Part shown: positions 48,071-58,224 of the stretch, one piece after another
How the letters are laid out: each line of letters starts with the position of its first letter
Position numbering within the stretch: position 1 is the first letter of the stretch
Assembly (NCBI GenBank): GCA_042216245.1
Contig: JBDGUB010000010.1
Span: 50,481 to 114,480 of the forward strand
Reading direction: 5' to 3'
DNA length: 64,000 nucleotides
Origin: Halobacterium sp.
GTDB lineage: Archaea > Halobacteriota > Halobacteria > Halobacteriales > Halobacteriaceae
Made by a program: the position numbers and the translations under genes
Notes under the pieces: generated by a model
Database searches by the model: none
What the model was told of the DNA's origin: nothing
What the model saw: the letters and a program-made list of their open reading frames with translations, nothing else

Positions 48071-49564
48071 ATGCGCCGCCGCGCCCTCCTCGCGTCGCTA
48101 GCCGCGGGCGCCGCCAGCCTCGCCGGCTGCACGCAGTCCGGCGGCACCGCCGGCACGACGACGTCCACGACCGACCGGACGACGACGAACAGCACCACGA
48201 CCACCGGGGAGCCCGACGAGCCCGCGAACCTCCCCGAGCAGTACGCGAGCGTCGTCGACCTCGAGACCGGGCCGCGGACGTACGCGTTCGCGCCGACCCA
48301 CCGGTACACGGACGACGACGCGAACGTCGCGCTGTGGTTCGACCGCACGGGGACGGCCGACCACCCGCCGGTGCTCCGCGGGTGGCTGGAGAACGGCAAC
48401 GAGTACGCCAACACGTTCGACGTCCACTGGATTCCCGCGGTCGGCGAACTCCACTCGAGGTCGCCGCAGGGGGACGACGTCGCCGCAACCCTCGAACTCG
48501 CGCCAACGGACGCCCACGACTTCGCGACGACCGTCGCCGAACTGGAGCGGGACTCGCGGGGGTTCTGGCGCGCGACCGAGCTCGGCCCGTGGGTCGAGGA
48601 GCGGGTCCGGCTGGACCCCGGCGAGCGAGTTACGCTCGAGTACGCGGTCGTCGGCAGCCCGGAGACGACGGGGCGCCCGACCGGAACCTACCGGTTCCGG
48701 GGCGACGACCGGGACGCCCGCATCACCGTCTGGGACACCGCCAGCCCCGGCCCGGAGGCCGAGTCCCGGTTCGCGGGCCGCGACCTCCCCGCGTTCGAGG
48801 GCGACCAGACGGTGCAGTGGTACCACGACGCCGACGCCTCGACGCCGGTGTTCGTGCGGCCGTCGACCGAACGCCTCGAACTCGACGGCCGCCTCCAGGT
48901 GACGGCCGTGAACCACTCCCGGGAGACGGCGCGCTGCGGCCACTGGAACCTCTACAAGCTCGTCGACGGCGAGTGGTTCAGCGTCGGGCCGTGGGGCCAC
49001 ACCGCGGACTGCCGCGGGCTCGTCCCCGGCGAGACACTGACGTGGTCGCTGCGCGCGTTCAACGGCGACGTCGTAGCCTGCGAGTGCGAGGGACTCGGCA
49101 TGACCCGGGGCTACCTCGGCGGCGGCGAGTACGCCGTCGTCGCGGGCTACGGCCACCCGGCGGACGAGAGCGCCGCGCTCGTCGAGTTCGTCGGCGACCG
49201 GATTCGCGTCACGCTCACCGAGGGCGCCACCGTCGAGCGCGACGGCGGCTCGGTCACCGTGACGTCGAGCAAGTACGGGGACGGCGACGACGTCCCGGAC
49301 GCGACGCTGACGCTGACCCGGACCGACGGCGCGGACGAACGCCTCATCGCCGAGCAAGTCATGCAGGCCGGCAGCGGCTGGTTCGGGCCGCGGCTACGCG
49401 GCCTCCGGAACGCGCTCGCGCCGATGGAGACCGGCGTCGAACGAGTCGTGGTGCGGACGAACGCGCGCGTCGCGGAACGCGCCGTCGGCTACGACGAGCA
49501 GCCGCGGCGGTTCCGGTTCCGGGGCCAGGCCTACGAGCTCACGGCCGACCTCCCCCAGGAGTAG
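48071..49564 (+). CDS. Tat-exported lipoprotein of unknown function
   Basis: MRRRALL twin-Arg motif, LAGC lipobox, Thr-rich linker. Confidence 0.85.
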   Translation: MRRRALLASLAAGAASLAGCTQSGGTAGTTTSTTDRTTTNSTTTTGEPDEPANLPEQYASVVDLETGPRTYAFAPTHRYTDDDANVALWFDRTGTADHPPVLRGWLENGNEYANTFDVHWIPAVGELHSRSPQGDDVAATLELAPTDAHDFATTVAELERDSRGFWRATELGPWVEERVRLDPGERVTLEYAVVGSPETTGRPTGTYRFRGDDRDARITVWDTASPGPEAESRFAGRDLPAFEGDQTVQWYHDADASTPVFVRPSTERLELDGRLQVTAVNHSRETARCGHWNLYKLVDGEWFSVGPWGHTADCRGLVPGETLTWSLRAFNGDVVACECEGLGMTRGYLGGGEYAVVAGYGHPADESAALVEFVGDRIRVTLTEGATVERDGGSVTVTSSKYGDGDDVPDATLTLTRTDGADERLIAEQVMQAGSGWFGPRLRGLRNALAPMETGVERVVVRTNARVAERAVGYDEQPRRFRFRGQAYELTADLPQE

Positions 49565-49690
49565 CGCTCGCGAGCCACTCCACAGAATAGCGCCCGCGAG
49601 CCACACCCAGAAAAGCTTCCGCGAAACCGGTTTCGTGACGCGGGACGGGTGACGCGGGACGGGTGAGGCGGGACAGGTGACGGGTGACCC
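49564..49690. repeat. Intergenic short tandem repeats between convergent genes
   Basis: cgcgagccac..cagaa x2 (~26 bp); perfect palindrome cgaaaccggtttcg at 49622-49635; gtgacgcgggacgg x3 (14 bp, third copy variant) from 49635. Confidence 0.75.
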
Positions 49691-49750
49691 GGAGGCTAAC
49701 GCGGTACGAGTGACGCGGGGCGGCCGAATCTCTCGGGTCGCCCGCTCTAA

Positions 49751-51232
49751 CTACGCGAGTTCCTCGCGCAGCAGTTCGTTCACCTGGCCGGGGTCGGCGC
49801 TCCCGCCGGTCTTCTGCATCACCTGGCCGACGAGGAAGTTCAGCGCGCCCTCCTCGCCCGCGTGGTAGTCCTCGACGGCGTCGGGGTTCTCCTCGATGGC
49901 GGCCTCGACGGCGGCCTCAACCTCGCCGCCGGTCGTCTTCCCGAGGTCCTCGCGCTCGACGACCTCGTCGGGCTCCCGGCCCTCGTCGAGCATCTCCCGG
50001 AGCACGACCTCCTCGGCGTTCTTCGCGGTGATCTCGTCCTCCGCGACGAGCTCGATGAGCCGCTCGAACTCCCCGAAGCGGTCGGCGACGTCGTCGACGT
50101 CGAGCCCGCGGTAGTTGAGTTCGCCGAGGATGTTGTCCGCCACCCAGGTCGCCGCCAGGTCGGGGTCGTACTCGTCGGCCATCTCCTCGAAGAGGTCCGC
50201 GACGGACTTCCGGGACGTGAGCTTCGACGCCGTCTCCGCGCCGACCCCGTACTCGTCCCGGAAGCGCTCCCGGCGGGCGGCCGGCAGCTCCGGAATCGGA
50301 ATCTCCGCCTTCCAGTCCGAGACCTCCAGGGGCGGGATGTCGGCCTCCCGGAAGTACCGGTAGTCCTTCTCCTCCTCTTTCGACCGCATCGAGACCGTGA
50401 TGCCGCGGCTCTCGTCCCAGTGGCGGGTCTCCTGTTCGACCTCGCGGCCGCGCTGGATCTGGTTGCGCTGGCGCGTGATCTCGTACGCCAGCGCCTTCTC
50501 CGCGCCCCGGTGGCTGGAGATGTTCTTCACCTCGGTGCGGTTCGCCGCCGCGAGCACGTCCTCGCTCGGGCCGCCGTCGCCGTCGAGTTCCGCGGCATCG
50601 ACCATCGAGATGTTCGCGTCGACGCGGAGGCTGCCGTCGCGCTCCGCGTCGAAGACGCCGAGGTACTCCAGGACCTCCGTGAGCTTCGCGAGGAACGCCC
50701 GCGCCTCGTCGGCGCTCCGGAAGTCCGGGCGCGTGACGATCTCCATCAGCGGCGTGCCCGCGCGGTTGTAGTCGACGAGCGTGTAGTCGGCGGTGTCGAT
50801 GCTGCCGCCGACGTGCTGGAGGCTCCCCGGGTCCTCCTCGAGGTGCGCGCGCTCGATGCCGACGGTGCGGCGTTCGCCCTCGACGGTCACCTCGAGTTCG
50901 CCGTCCTGGCAGATGGGGGCGTCGTACTGCGTGACCTGGAAGCCCTTCGGGAGGTCGGGGTAGAAGTAGTTCTTCCGGTGGAACCGCGTGCGCTCGGGGA
51001 TGTCCGCGTCGATGGCCTTCCCGAGTTTCACGGCGGCCTCGACGGCGCCCTCGTTCAGCACGGGCAGCGCGCCCGGGAGGCCGAGGCAGACCGGACACGT
51101 GTGCGTGTTCGGCTCCGCGTCCGCGGTGTCCGTCGAACACCCACAGAAGATCTTGGTGTCCGTCTCCAGTTGCACGTGGACCTCCAGGCCGATGACGGCC
51201 GCGAGGTCCCGTTCCTGCGCTTGCTGGCTCAT
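49751..51232 (-). CDS. gatB: Asp-tRNA(Asn)/Glu-tRNA(Gln) amidotransferase subunit B
   Basis: IGLEVHVQL, CPVCLGLPGALP, RKNYFYPDLPK, NRAGTPLMEIV, YRYF, NFLVGQVM. Confidence 0.96.
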   Translation of the reverse strand: MSQQAQERDLAAVIGLEVHVQLETDTKIFCGCSTDTADAEPNTHTCPVCLGLPGALPVLNEGAVEAAVKLGKAIDADIPERTRFHRKNYFYPDLPKGFQVTQYDAPICQDGELEVTVEGERRTVGIERAHLEEDPGSLQHVGGSIDTADYTLVDYNRAGTPLMEIVTRPDFRSADEARAFLAKLTEVLEYLGVFDAERDGSLRVDANISMVDAAELDGDGGPSEDVLAAANRTEVKNISSHRGAEKALAYEITRQRNQIQRGREVEQETRHWDESRGITVSMRSKEEEKDYRYFREADIPPLEVSDWKAEIPIPELPAARRERFRDEYGVGAETASKLTSRKSVADLFEEMADEYDPDLAATWVADNILGELNYRGLDVDDVADRFGEFERLIELVAEDEITAKNAEEVVLREMLDEGREPDEVVEREDLGKTTGGEVEAAVEAAIEENPDAVEDYHAGEEGALNFLVGQVMQKTGGSADPGQVNELLREELA

Positions 51233-51517
51233 TGCGTCCGGGTTCGGGGCCCGGTAGTGAAAGCATTACGTCTGGGCGCAGCGGCGACGCGCGAGCTGGA
51301 GCGCCGACTGGCGTGCCGGCGGGCCGCGCCCCCATCCCTCGGACACCGTTCCAACAGCCCCCTGACCGTGCTAACTCTCCACATCCTGGGGCTGTTCGCG
51401 ATAGCGCGGACTGAGGGCCCGAGAGCCACGTTTCCCGCCCGTTCGTTCGCGAACGTCGACACGTGTCTGACGCGCGTCCTACTCACGCTTTTACGGCTCG
51501 AGCGCCGTGCTCCTGCT

Positions 51518-51802
51518 ATGACCGAGGACGCCGACCGCGTGGAGGAACTGGAGGAGCGGGTCGCCGAACTGGAGGCGACCGTCCGCGGCCTCACCGAGGA
51601 GCTGGTGGACGCCAGCGAACGCATCCGCACCCTCGAGGCGGAGCTCGACCAGTCCCCGAGCACCGAGGAGCTCCGGGAAACCCGCGAGGAACCGCCGGGC
51701 GTCGACGCCGACGATGGCGCGGGAGACGAAGCGACTAAAGGCTCGGGCGGCGAGGAGCAGGACAACGAGGAGTCGGGCATGGACGACATCATCGTCGCCT
51801 GA
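51518..51802 (+). CDS. Small coiled-coil protein upstream of smc
   Basis: RVEELEERVAELEATVRGLTEELVD..DDIIVA; ttttac TATA-like element ~28 bp upstream. Confidence 0.75.
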   Translation: MTEDADRVEELEERVAELEATVRGLTEELVDASERIRTLEAELDQSPSTEELRETREEPPGVDADDGAGDEATKGSGGEEQDNEESGMDDIIVA

Positions 51803-51820
51803 GGCCGGCATCGTCACCCC

Positions 51821-54800
51821 ATGTACATCGACGAAATCGTCCTCGAGAACTTCAAGAGCTTCGGCGGCACCACGAGGATCCCCTTCTACGAGGACTTCAC
51901 CACCATCAGCGGGCCGAACGGCTCGGGGAAGTCCAACATCATCGACGCCGTCCTGTTCGCGCTCGGGCTCGCCCGCACGTCCGGGATGCGCGCGGAGAAG
52001 CTCACGGACCTCATCTACAACCCGAGCCACGACGGCGACGGCGAGGCCGCCGGCCCGAAGGAGGCCAGCGTCGAGGTCGTCCTGAACAACGAGGACGGCG
52101 CGCTGTCGCGGTCGCAGGTCGCGACCGCCGCCGGCTCGGAGAACGTCGGCGACGTCGACACCATCACCGTGAAGCGCCGCGTGAAACGCACCGAGGACAA
52201 CTACTACTCGTACTACTACCTGAACGGCCGGTCCGTGAACCTCTCGGACATCCGCGACCTGCTCGCGCAGGCGGGCGTCGCGCCCGAGGGGTACAACGTC
52301 GTGATGCAGGGCGACGTCACCGGCATCATCAACATGACCGCGGGCGAGCGCCGCGAGATCGTCGACGAGATCGCGGGGGTCGCGGAGTTCGACGCGAAGA
52401 AGGAGGACGCCTTCGAGGAGATGGAGGTCGTCGAGGAGCGCATCGGCGAAGCCGACCTCAAGATCGAGGAGAAAGAACAGCGCCTCGAGCAGCTCGCCGA
52501 CGAGCGGGAGACCGCACTCGAGTACAAGGGCCTCCGCGACGAGAAACAGGAGTACGAGAGCTACGCGAAGGCCGCCGAACTCGAGGAGAAACGCGAGGAC
52601 CTCGAGGCGACGCGGGAGGACGCGGCCGCCCGCGAGGCCGAACTCGAGGACCTCGAGGATGAGCTCGACGAGCGCCGCGGCACCGTCCTCCGCCTCGAGG
52701 AGGACCTCGAGGACCTGAACGCGGAGATCGAGCGGAAGGGCGAGGACGAACAGCTGGCGATCAAGCGCGAGATGGAGGAGATCAAGGGCGACATCTCGCG
52801 GCTCGAGGACAAGGTCGAGACCTGCGAGGAGAAGATCGAGGGCGCGGAGAACGAGCGCCGGCAGGCGTTCGTTGAGATCGACCGCAAGCAGGAGCAGATC
52901 GAGGACCTCGAGGACGAGATCAAGGACCTGAAAGTCGAGAAGGCGTCCGTGAAGGCGGACGTCCAGGAGAAGCAGAGCGAGCTCGCGGACGTCGAGGCCG
53001 AGATCGAGTCCGTGGACACGGAGTTCGACGAGCTGAAGGCCGAGCTCGCGGAGAAGAAGGAGGCCCTGGAGGACGCGAAGAGCGAGCGCAACGACCTCCA
53101 GCGCGAGCAGGACCGCCTGCTGGACGAGGCCCAGCGCCGGTCGACGGCGATCAGCGAGGCCGAGGACGACCTGGAGGACGCCCGCGAGCGCATCCCGGAG
53201 ATCGACGCGACCCTCGAGGACCTCCAGGACGAACTCGAGAAGGCCAAGCGGAACCGCGAGCAGATCGTCGACGTCGTCGAGGACCTCAAGCAGGAGAAGA
53301 CCGAGCGCCAGGACGACCTGGAGTCCGTGGAGGACGACCTGTCGGCCGCCCAGGAGGAGTACGCGCGCCTGGAGGCGCAGGCCGACCAGTCCGGCGACTC
53401 GTCGTACGGGAAGGCCGTGACGACCGTCCTGAACAGCGAGAAAGACGGCGTGCACGGGACCGTCGGGCAGCTCGGCGGCGTCAGCGAGCAGTACGCGACC
53501 GCCTGCGAGACCGCGGCGGGCGGCCGGCTCGCGAACGTCGTGGTGGACGACGACGGCGTCGGCCAGCGCTGCATCGAGTACCTGAAGTCGCGGAACGCGG
53601 GCCGCGCGACCTTCCTCCCGATCACGGAGATGCAGAACCGGTCGCTGCCGAGCGCGCCGAACGTGCCGGGTGTCGTGGACTTCGCGTACAACCTCGTGGA
53701 CTTCGACCCCCAGTACGAGGCCGTGTTCTCGTACGTGCTCGGTGACACGCTCGTCGTCGAGGACATGGAGACCGCCCGCGACCTGATGGGCGACTACCGG
53801 CTCGTGACCCTGGACGGCGACCTCGTGGAGAAGTCCGGCGCGATGACCGGCGGCAGCCGGTCGGGGTCGCGGTACTCGTTCTCGAAGTCGGGGAAGGGCC
53901 AGCTGGAGCGGGTGGCCGAGCGCATCCAGCGCCTCGAGGACGAGCGCGAGTCAATCCGGCAGGACGTCCGGGAGATCGACCAGCGCCTCGACGACGCCCG
54001 CGACCGCCGGCAGGACGCCACCGAGCAGGTGCGGTCCATCCAGAACGACATCGAGCAGGCCGAGCGCGAGCGCGAGGACGTCGAGCAGCGCATCGACGAC
54101 CTCGAGGAGCGCATCGAGGAGCTGCAGGGCGAACGCGAGGACGTCGACGAACAGATGCAGGCCATCGAGGCCGACATCGACGACCAGCAGGAGGTCATCG
54201 CGGGCCTGGAGGCCGACATCGAGGAGCTGGAGGCGGAGCTCGCGGACTCCCGGATTCCCGACCTCACCGCGAAGAAGGAGGACATCGAGGCGGAGATCGA
54301 CGACCTGGAGGACCGCATCGACGACCTGGACGGCGAGCTGAACAGCCTCCAGCTCGAGAAGGAGTACGCGGAGGACGCCGTCGAGGACCTCCACGACGAC
54401 ATCGAGGACGCCCAGAACCGGAAGGCCGAACAGCAGGAGCGCATCGCCGACCTCGAGGACCAGATCGAGGCGAAGGAGGAGACCCTCGAGGAGAAAGAGG
54501 CGGCCGTCGCCGAACTCGAGGCCGAACTCGCGGACCTCAAAGAGGACCGCGAGGACCTCAAGGACGACCTCCGGGAGGCGAAGAGCGCGCGCGACGAGAA
54601 GGCCAGCGAGGTGGAGAAGGTCCAGAACCGCCTGGAGAGCCTGCGGAAGGCCGAGAGCCGACTGAGCGAGGAGATCGAGGAGCTGGAGGACGCCGTCGGC
54701 GACTACGACCCCGAGGAGATCCCGGACCTCGACGAGGTCGAGGAGAACGTCCGGCGCCTCGAGCGCCGCATGGAGGCCCTGGAGCCCGTGAACATGCTCG

Positions 54801-55393
54801 CCATCGACGAGTACGACGAAGTGGAGGCCGACCTCGAGGACCTCCGGGAGAAGCGCGAGACGCTCGTCGAGGAGCGCGACGGCATCCAGGACCGCATCGA
54901 GCAGTACGAACAGCAGAAGAAGTCGACGTTCATGGACGCCTTCGAGGCGATCAACGACCACTTCCAGCGCATCTTCTCGCGGCTGTCCGCGGGCAGCGGG
55001 GAGCTCGAACTGGAAGACCCCGAGGACCCCTTCGAAGGCGGCCTGACGATGAAGGCCCAGCCGGCGGACAAGCCCGTCCAGCGGCTGGACGCGATGAGCG
55101 GCGGGGAGAAGTCGCTGACCGCGCTGGCGTTCATCTTCGCGATCCAGCGGCACAACCCGGCGCCGTTCTACGCGCTGGACGAGGTGGACGCGTTCCTGGA
55201 CGCCGTGAACGCCGACCGCGTCGGCGAGCTCGTCGACGAGCTCGCGGGGGACGCGCAGTTCGTCGTGGTGAGCCACCGGTCGGCGATGCTCGACCGCTCG
55301 GAGCGCGCGATCGGCGTGACGATGCAGGAGGACAACCGCAGCGTCGTCACGGGCATCGACCTGTCCTCGCAGGGGGCGGTCGCGGATGACTAG
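51821..55393 (+). CDS. smc: Chromosome segregation protein SMC
   Basis: NFKSF, GPNGSGKSN, hinge GRATFLP, MSGGEKS, LDEVDAFLD, VVSH. Confidence 0.97.
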   Translation: MYIDEIVLENFKSFGGTTRIPFYEDFTTISGPNGSGKSNIIDAVLFALGLARTSGMRAEKLTDLIYNPSHDGDGEAAGPKEASVEVVLNNEDGALSRSQVATAAGSENVGDVDTITVKRRVKRTEDNYYSYYYLNGRSVNLSDIRDLLAQAGVAPEGYNVVMQGDVTGIINMTAGERREIVDEIAGVAEFDAKKEDAFEEMEVVEERIGEADLKIEEKEQRLEQLADERETALEYKGLRDEKQEYESYAKAAELEEKREDLEATREDAAAREAELEDLEDELDERRGTVLRLEEDLEDLNAEIERKGEDEQLAIKREMEEIKGDISRLEDKVETCEEKIEGAENERRQAFVEIDRKQEQIEDLEDEIKDLKVEKASVKADVQEKQSELADVEAEIESVDTEFDELKAELAEKKEALEDAKSERNDLQREQDRLLDEAQRRSTAISEAEDDLEDARERIPEIDATLEDLQDELEKAKRNREQIVDVVEDLKQEKTERQDDLESVEDDLSAAQEEYARLEAQADQSGDSSYGKAVTTVLNSEKDGVHGTVGQLGGVSEQYATACETAAGGRLANVVVDDDGVGQRCIEYLKSRNAGRATFLPITEMQNRSLPSAPNVPGVVDFAYNLVDFDPQYEAVFSYVLGDTLVVEDMETARDLMGDYRLVTLDGDLVEKSGAMTGGSRSGSRYSFSKSGKGQLERVAERIQRLEDERESIRQDVREIDQRLDDARDRRQDATEQVRSIQNDIEQAEREREDVEQRIDDLEERIEELQGEREDVDEQMQAIEADIDDQQEVIAGLEADIEELEAELADSRIPDLTAKKEDIEAEIDDLEDRIDDLDGELNSLQLEKEYAEDAVEDLHDDIEDAQNRKAEQQERIADLEDQIEAKEETLEEKEAAVAELEAELADLKEDREDLKDDLREAKSARDEKASEVEKVQNRLESLRKAESRLSEEIEELEDAVGDYDPEEIPDLDEVEENVRRLERRMEALEPVNMLAIDEYDEVEADLEDLREKRETLVEERDGIQDRIEQYEQQKKSTFMDAFEAINDHFQRIFSRLSAGSGELELEDPEDPFEGGLTMKAQPADKPVQRLDAMSGGEKSLTALAFIFAIQRHNPAPFYALDEVDAFLDAVNADRVGELVDELAGDAQFVVVSHRSAMLDRSERAIGVTMQEDNRSVVTGIDLSSQGAVADD

Positions 55394-56468
55394 CGGGGAC
55401 GACCGCGGCGACTCCCCGGACGGGGAGGAGCGAGCGCGGGCGGCCGACGGCGGGAGCAGCGGCGTCCCCCTCGACATCACGGGCCACGAGGACCGCGAGC
55501 GGGAGCGCGAGAGCGGCGAACGGCAGGAGGGCAGCGGGCAGCACGGAGCCGGCGAGCACACCGGAATCAGCGAGCAGCACGGAACCGGCGCGCAGAACGG
55601 GTCCGGGCCGGTGGACGCCGAGACGCTGCTCGAGGAGTCGCCCGCGGACCCCGAGCCCGACCCGGAGGACGACGAGGCCGAGCCCGTGGAGTTGCTCGTG
55701 CAGCTCGCGAAGGACGGCGAGATCGAGCCGTGGGACATCGACATCGTCGCGGTGACCGACAAGTTCCTCGAGAAGCTCGACGAGGTCGACCTGCGGACGT
55801 CGGGGCGCGCGCTGTTCTACGCGAGCGTGCTGTTGCGCATGAAGAGCGACGCGATGATGGGCGTCGGCGAGGACGACGAGGAGCCCGAGGACGCCGCGGA
55901 CGACCGGCCGCCGTGGGAGGCGCCGCCCGACGGGGACGGCGGCGCGCCCGCCTACGACCCAGTGGACGCCCTCGAGGCGGAGATGGACCGCCGGCTGGAG
56001 CGCAAGCACGCCCGCGGGAACCCGGAGACCCTCGAGGAGCTCGTGCGTGACCTCCGGGACGCCGAGCGCGGGTCGTGGTGGAAGGAGTCCCGCGAGTACG
56101 ACACCTCCGACAGCCCGCAGGGGTTCCGGCGCGGCGTCCAGGAGCTGGACTACCGGTCGGGCGACGACGTCCGGATGGACGACGAGCCGACGCAGGCGGA
56201 AGCGCTCGGCACCGCGCACGACGAGGACATCGAGGCCACGATCGAGGACGTCGAGGCCGTCCTCACCGAGCAGTACGGCGCTGGGCGCACGGAAGTCCTC
56301 TACGAGGAGGTCGCGGACGCCGGCGGGTCGCGCGTGGAGACGTTCCTCGCGTTACTGTTCCTCGCGCACCGCGGCGCCGTCACGCTCGAACAGGACGACC
56401 TGTTCGGGGACCTCTGGGTCTGTAACGAGGACGTGGCGGAACGCGAGCAGCCGGCGGCCGCGGACTAG
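55386..56468 (+). CDS. scpA: Kleisin ScpA
   Basis: ELLVQLAKDGEIEPWDIDIVAVTDKFL, ASVLLRMKS, TFLALLFLAH..LEQDDLFGDL. Confidence 0.93.
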   Translation: MTSGDDRGDSPDGEERARAADGGSSGVPLDITGHEDRERERESGERQEGSGQHGAGEHTGISEQHGTGAQNGSGPVDAETLLEESPADPEPDPEDDEAEPVELLVQLAKDGEIEPWDIDIVAVTDKFLEKLDEVDLRTSGRALFYASVLLRMKSDAMMGVGEDDEEPEDAADDRPPWEAPPDGDGGAPAYDPVDALEAEMDRRLERKHARGNPETLEELVRDLRDAERGSWWKESREYDTSDSPQGFRRGVQELDYRSGDDVRMDDEPTQAEALGTAHDEDIEATIEDVEAVLTEQYGAGRTEVLYEEVADAGGSRVETFLALLFLAHRGAVTLEQDDLFGDLWVCNEDVAEREQPAAAD

Positions 56469-57175
56469 AACTCGAACCAGTCGGTGACGCGGCCGGACTC
56501 GTGGAGGCGCCAGCGCTGGCGCGCGCCCCCGGTCTCGGTCGTCTCGATGGTGAGCGTCGCGTCGAACAGCGGTTCGAACGTCGCGAGCACGTCGTCGTCG
56601 ACGGTCGTGGAGACGTGGGCGTGCCCCATGCCGTCGGCGTCCCGCACTTCGCCGGTGAGCATGTGGAGGAACCGGAACAGCGCGTCCTCGGCGGCTTCGC
56701 CGCGGTCGACGGCGTCGAAGAACGGGTCGAGGCCGTCGAGGCAGAGCCGGACTTCGCCGGGGCCGTCGGCGCCGGTGGCGACGCGGTCGAGCGCCCGCCG
56801 CGTCGTCTCGAACACCGCGCCGAAGTCCGCGAGGGCCGGGACGTGGTCGTACCATGGTTCGTCGGCGTAGCGCGCGACGACCGGCTGGGGCGCCGACGGC
56901 GACGCGGCCGCGGCGCTCCGCGTGCTCGGGCTGGCGTCGACGACGGCGAACGACCCGGGGTCCGTGCGGCGCGGCCGGTGCCGGTCGAGGACCGTCTGGA
57001 CGTCGGCGGCCGTCGTGAGGAAGACGTGGTGGCGGTCGAGTTCGGGGGCGCCGAGCAGGCGCTCGCAGGCCGGGTCGCGGCCGGGCGCGTCGCTGGCGAC
57101 GAGGACGTTGCAGCCCCCGCGTTTGAGCTCGGCGAGCTCGTTCGAGAACGCTTCGGCGTCGACGTGACCCCCCAT
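56465..57175 (-). CDS. Haloarchaeal hypothetical protein (DUF7504-like, degenerate RecA/KaiC-like fold)
   Basis: LKRGGCNVLV, VRLCLDGL, FRFLHMLTGEVR, LFDATLTI, TDWFEF. Confidence 0.65.
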   Translation of the reverse strand: MGGHVDAEAFSNELAELKRGGCNVLVASDAPGRDPACERLLGAPELDRHHVFLTTAADVQTVLDRHRPRRTDPGSFAVVDASPSTRSAAAASPSAPQPVVARYADEPWYDHVPALADFGAVFETTRRALDRVATGADGPGEVRLCLDGLDPFFDAVDRGEAAEDALFRFLHMLTGEVRDADGMGHAHVSTTVDDDVLATFEPLFDATLTIETTETGGARQRWRLHESGRVTDWFEF

Positions 57176-57303
57176 TGTCTACGCTAACCAACGGGGCAGT
57201 AGTATTTACATTTTGGGTCCGAGTGCTCGAATCTTACGCGCTCCGACGGCCTAGAAAGGCGTTCGGGTCGCGGGCGGGCGAGCACCGGCCTGCCGTCGAC
57301 CCC

Positions 57304-58158
57304 TCAGAGGTAGTCGCCGAGCAGTTCGTCCACTCGCTCGCGGGTGTCCTCCGGGATGGCCTCGGTCGGCGTGTTCACGGTGCCCTCGAGGCTCGTCCCG
57401 CAGTCGCAATCCCGCTCCGCGGGCATCGTCTCGATGGCGCGCTCGACGGTCTCCTTGATGGCGGTCTCGTTCGCCGCGGCGTTCTCCAGGACCTCCTCGA
57501 GGGTGACCTCGCTGTCCGCCTTCCAGACGTCGTAGTCCGTGACGCCCGCGACGGTCGCGTAACACATCTCGGCCTCCCGCGCGAGTTTCGCCTCGGGGAT
57601 GGCGGTCATCCCGACGAGGTCCCAGCCCTGGGACTTGTAGAACTCCGACTCCGCGCGCGTCGAGTACTGCGGGCCCTCGATGCAGACGTACGTCCCGCCC
57701 TTCTCGGCGTCCGCGTCGGCGGCCTCGCTGGCGGCGTCGTGGAGGTGGTCGACCATGTGCGGACAGTACGGGTCCGCGAACGGCTGGTGGACGACGACGC
57801 CGTCCCCGAAGAACGTCGAGTCGCGGTGTTTCGTGCGGTCGAATATCTGGTCGGGGACGACGAGCGTCTGGGGCGGCAGGTCCTCCCGGAGGCTGCCGAC
57901 GGCGTTCGACGCGAGCACGCGCTCGACGCCGAGCTGCTTGAGCGCGTAGATGTTCGCGCGGTACGGGAGGTTCGTCGGGTCGCGCTGGTGGTCGGGGCCG
58001 TGCCGCGGCAGGAACGCGACCTCCGTGCCCGTGTCGCCGAACTCGCCGACGGTGACGGGCGCGCTCGGGTCGCCGTACGGCGTCGTCGTCTCGACCTCGC
58101 GGACGTTCTCCAGTGGGAGGGCCTCGTAGATGCCGGACCCGCCGATGAAGCCGATCAT
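57304..58158 (-). CDS. mtnP: S-methyl-5'-thioadenosine phosphorylase
   Basis: IGFIGGSG, FLPRHG, YRANIYAL, EGPQYSTRAES, GMTAIPEAKLARE, VTDYD. Confidence 0.93.
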   Translation of the reverse strand: MIGFIGGSGIYEALPLENVREVETTTPYGDPSAPVTVGEFGDTGTEVAFLPRHGPDHQRDPTNLPYRANIYALKQLGVERVLASNAVGSLREDLPPQTLVVPDQIFDRTKHRDSTFFGDGVVVHQPFADPYCPHMVDHLHDAASEAADADAEKGGTYVCIEGPQYSTRAESEFYKSQGWDLVGMTAIPEAKLAREAEMCYATVAGVTDYDVWKADSEVTLEEVLENAAANETAIKETVERAIETMPAERDCDCGTSLEGTVNTPTEAIPEDTRERVDELLGDYL

Positions 58159-58224
58159 GCACCGACGTGCGCGGCGGACGAACCTAAACGATGCGCTCCG
58201 GGCCGGCCGCCCTCGGTGGCAGAC

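Noticed and set aside
51821-55393. SMC-like defence system (Wadjet/Lamassu) or Rad50
   Set aside because: Canonical hinge domain and adjacent ScpA identify housekeeping condensin; no nuclease partner.
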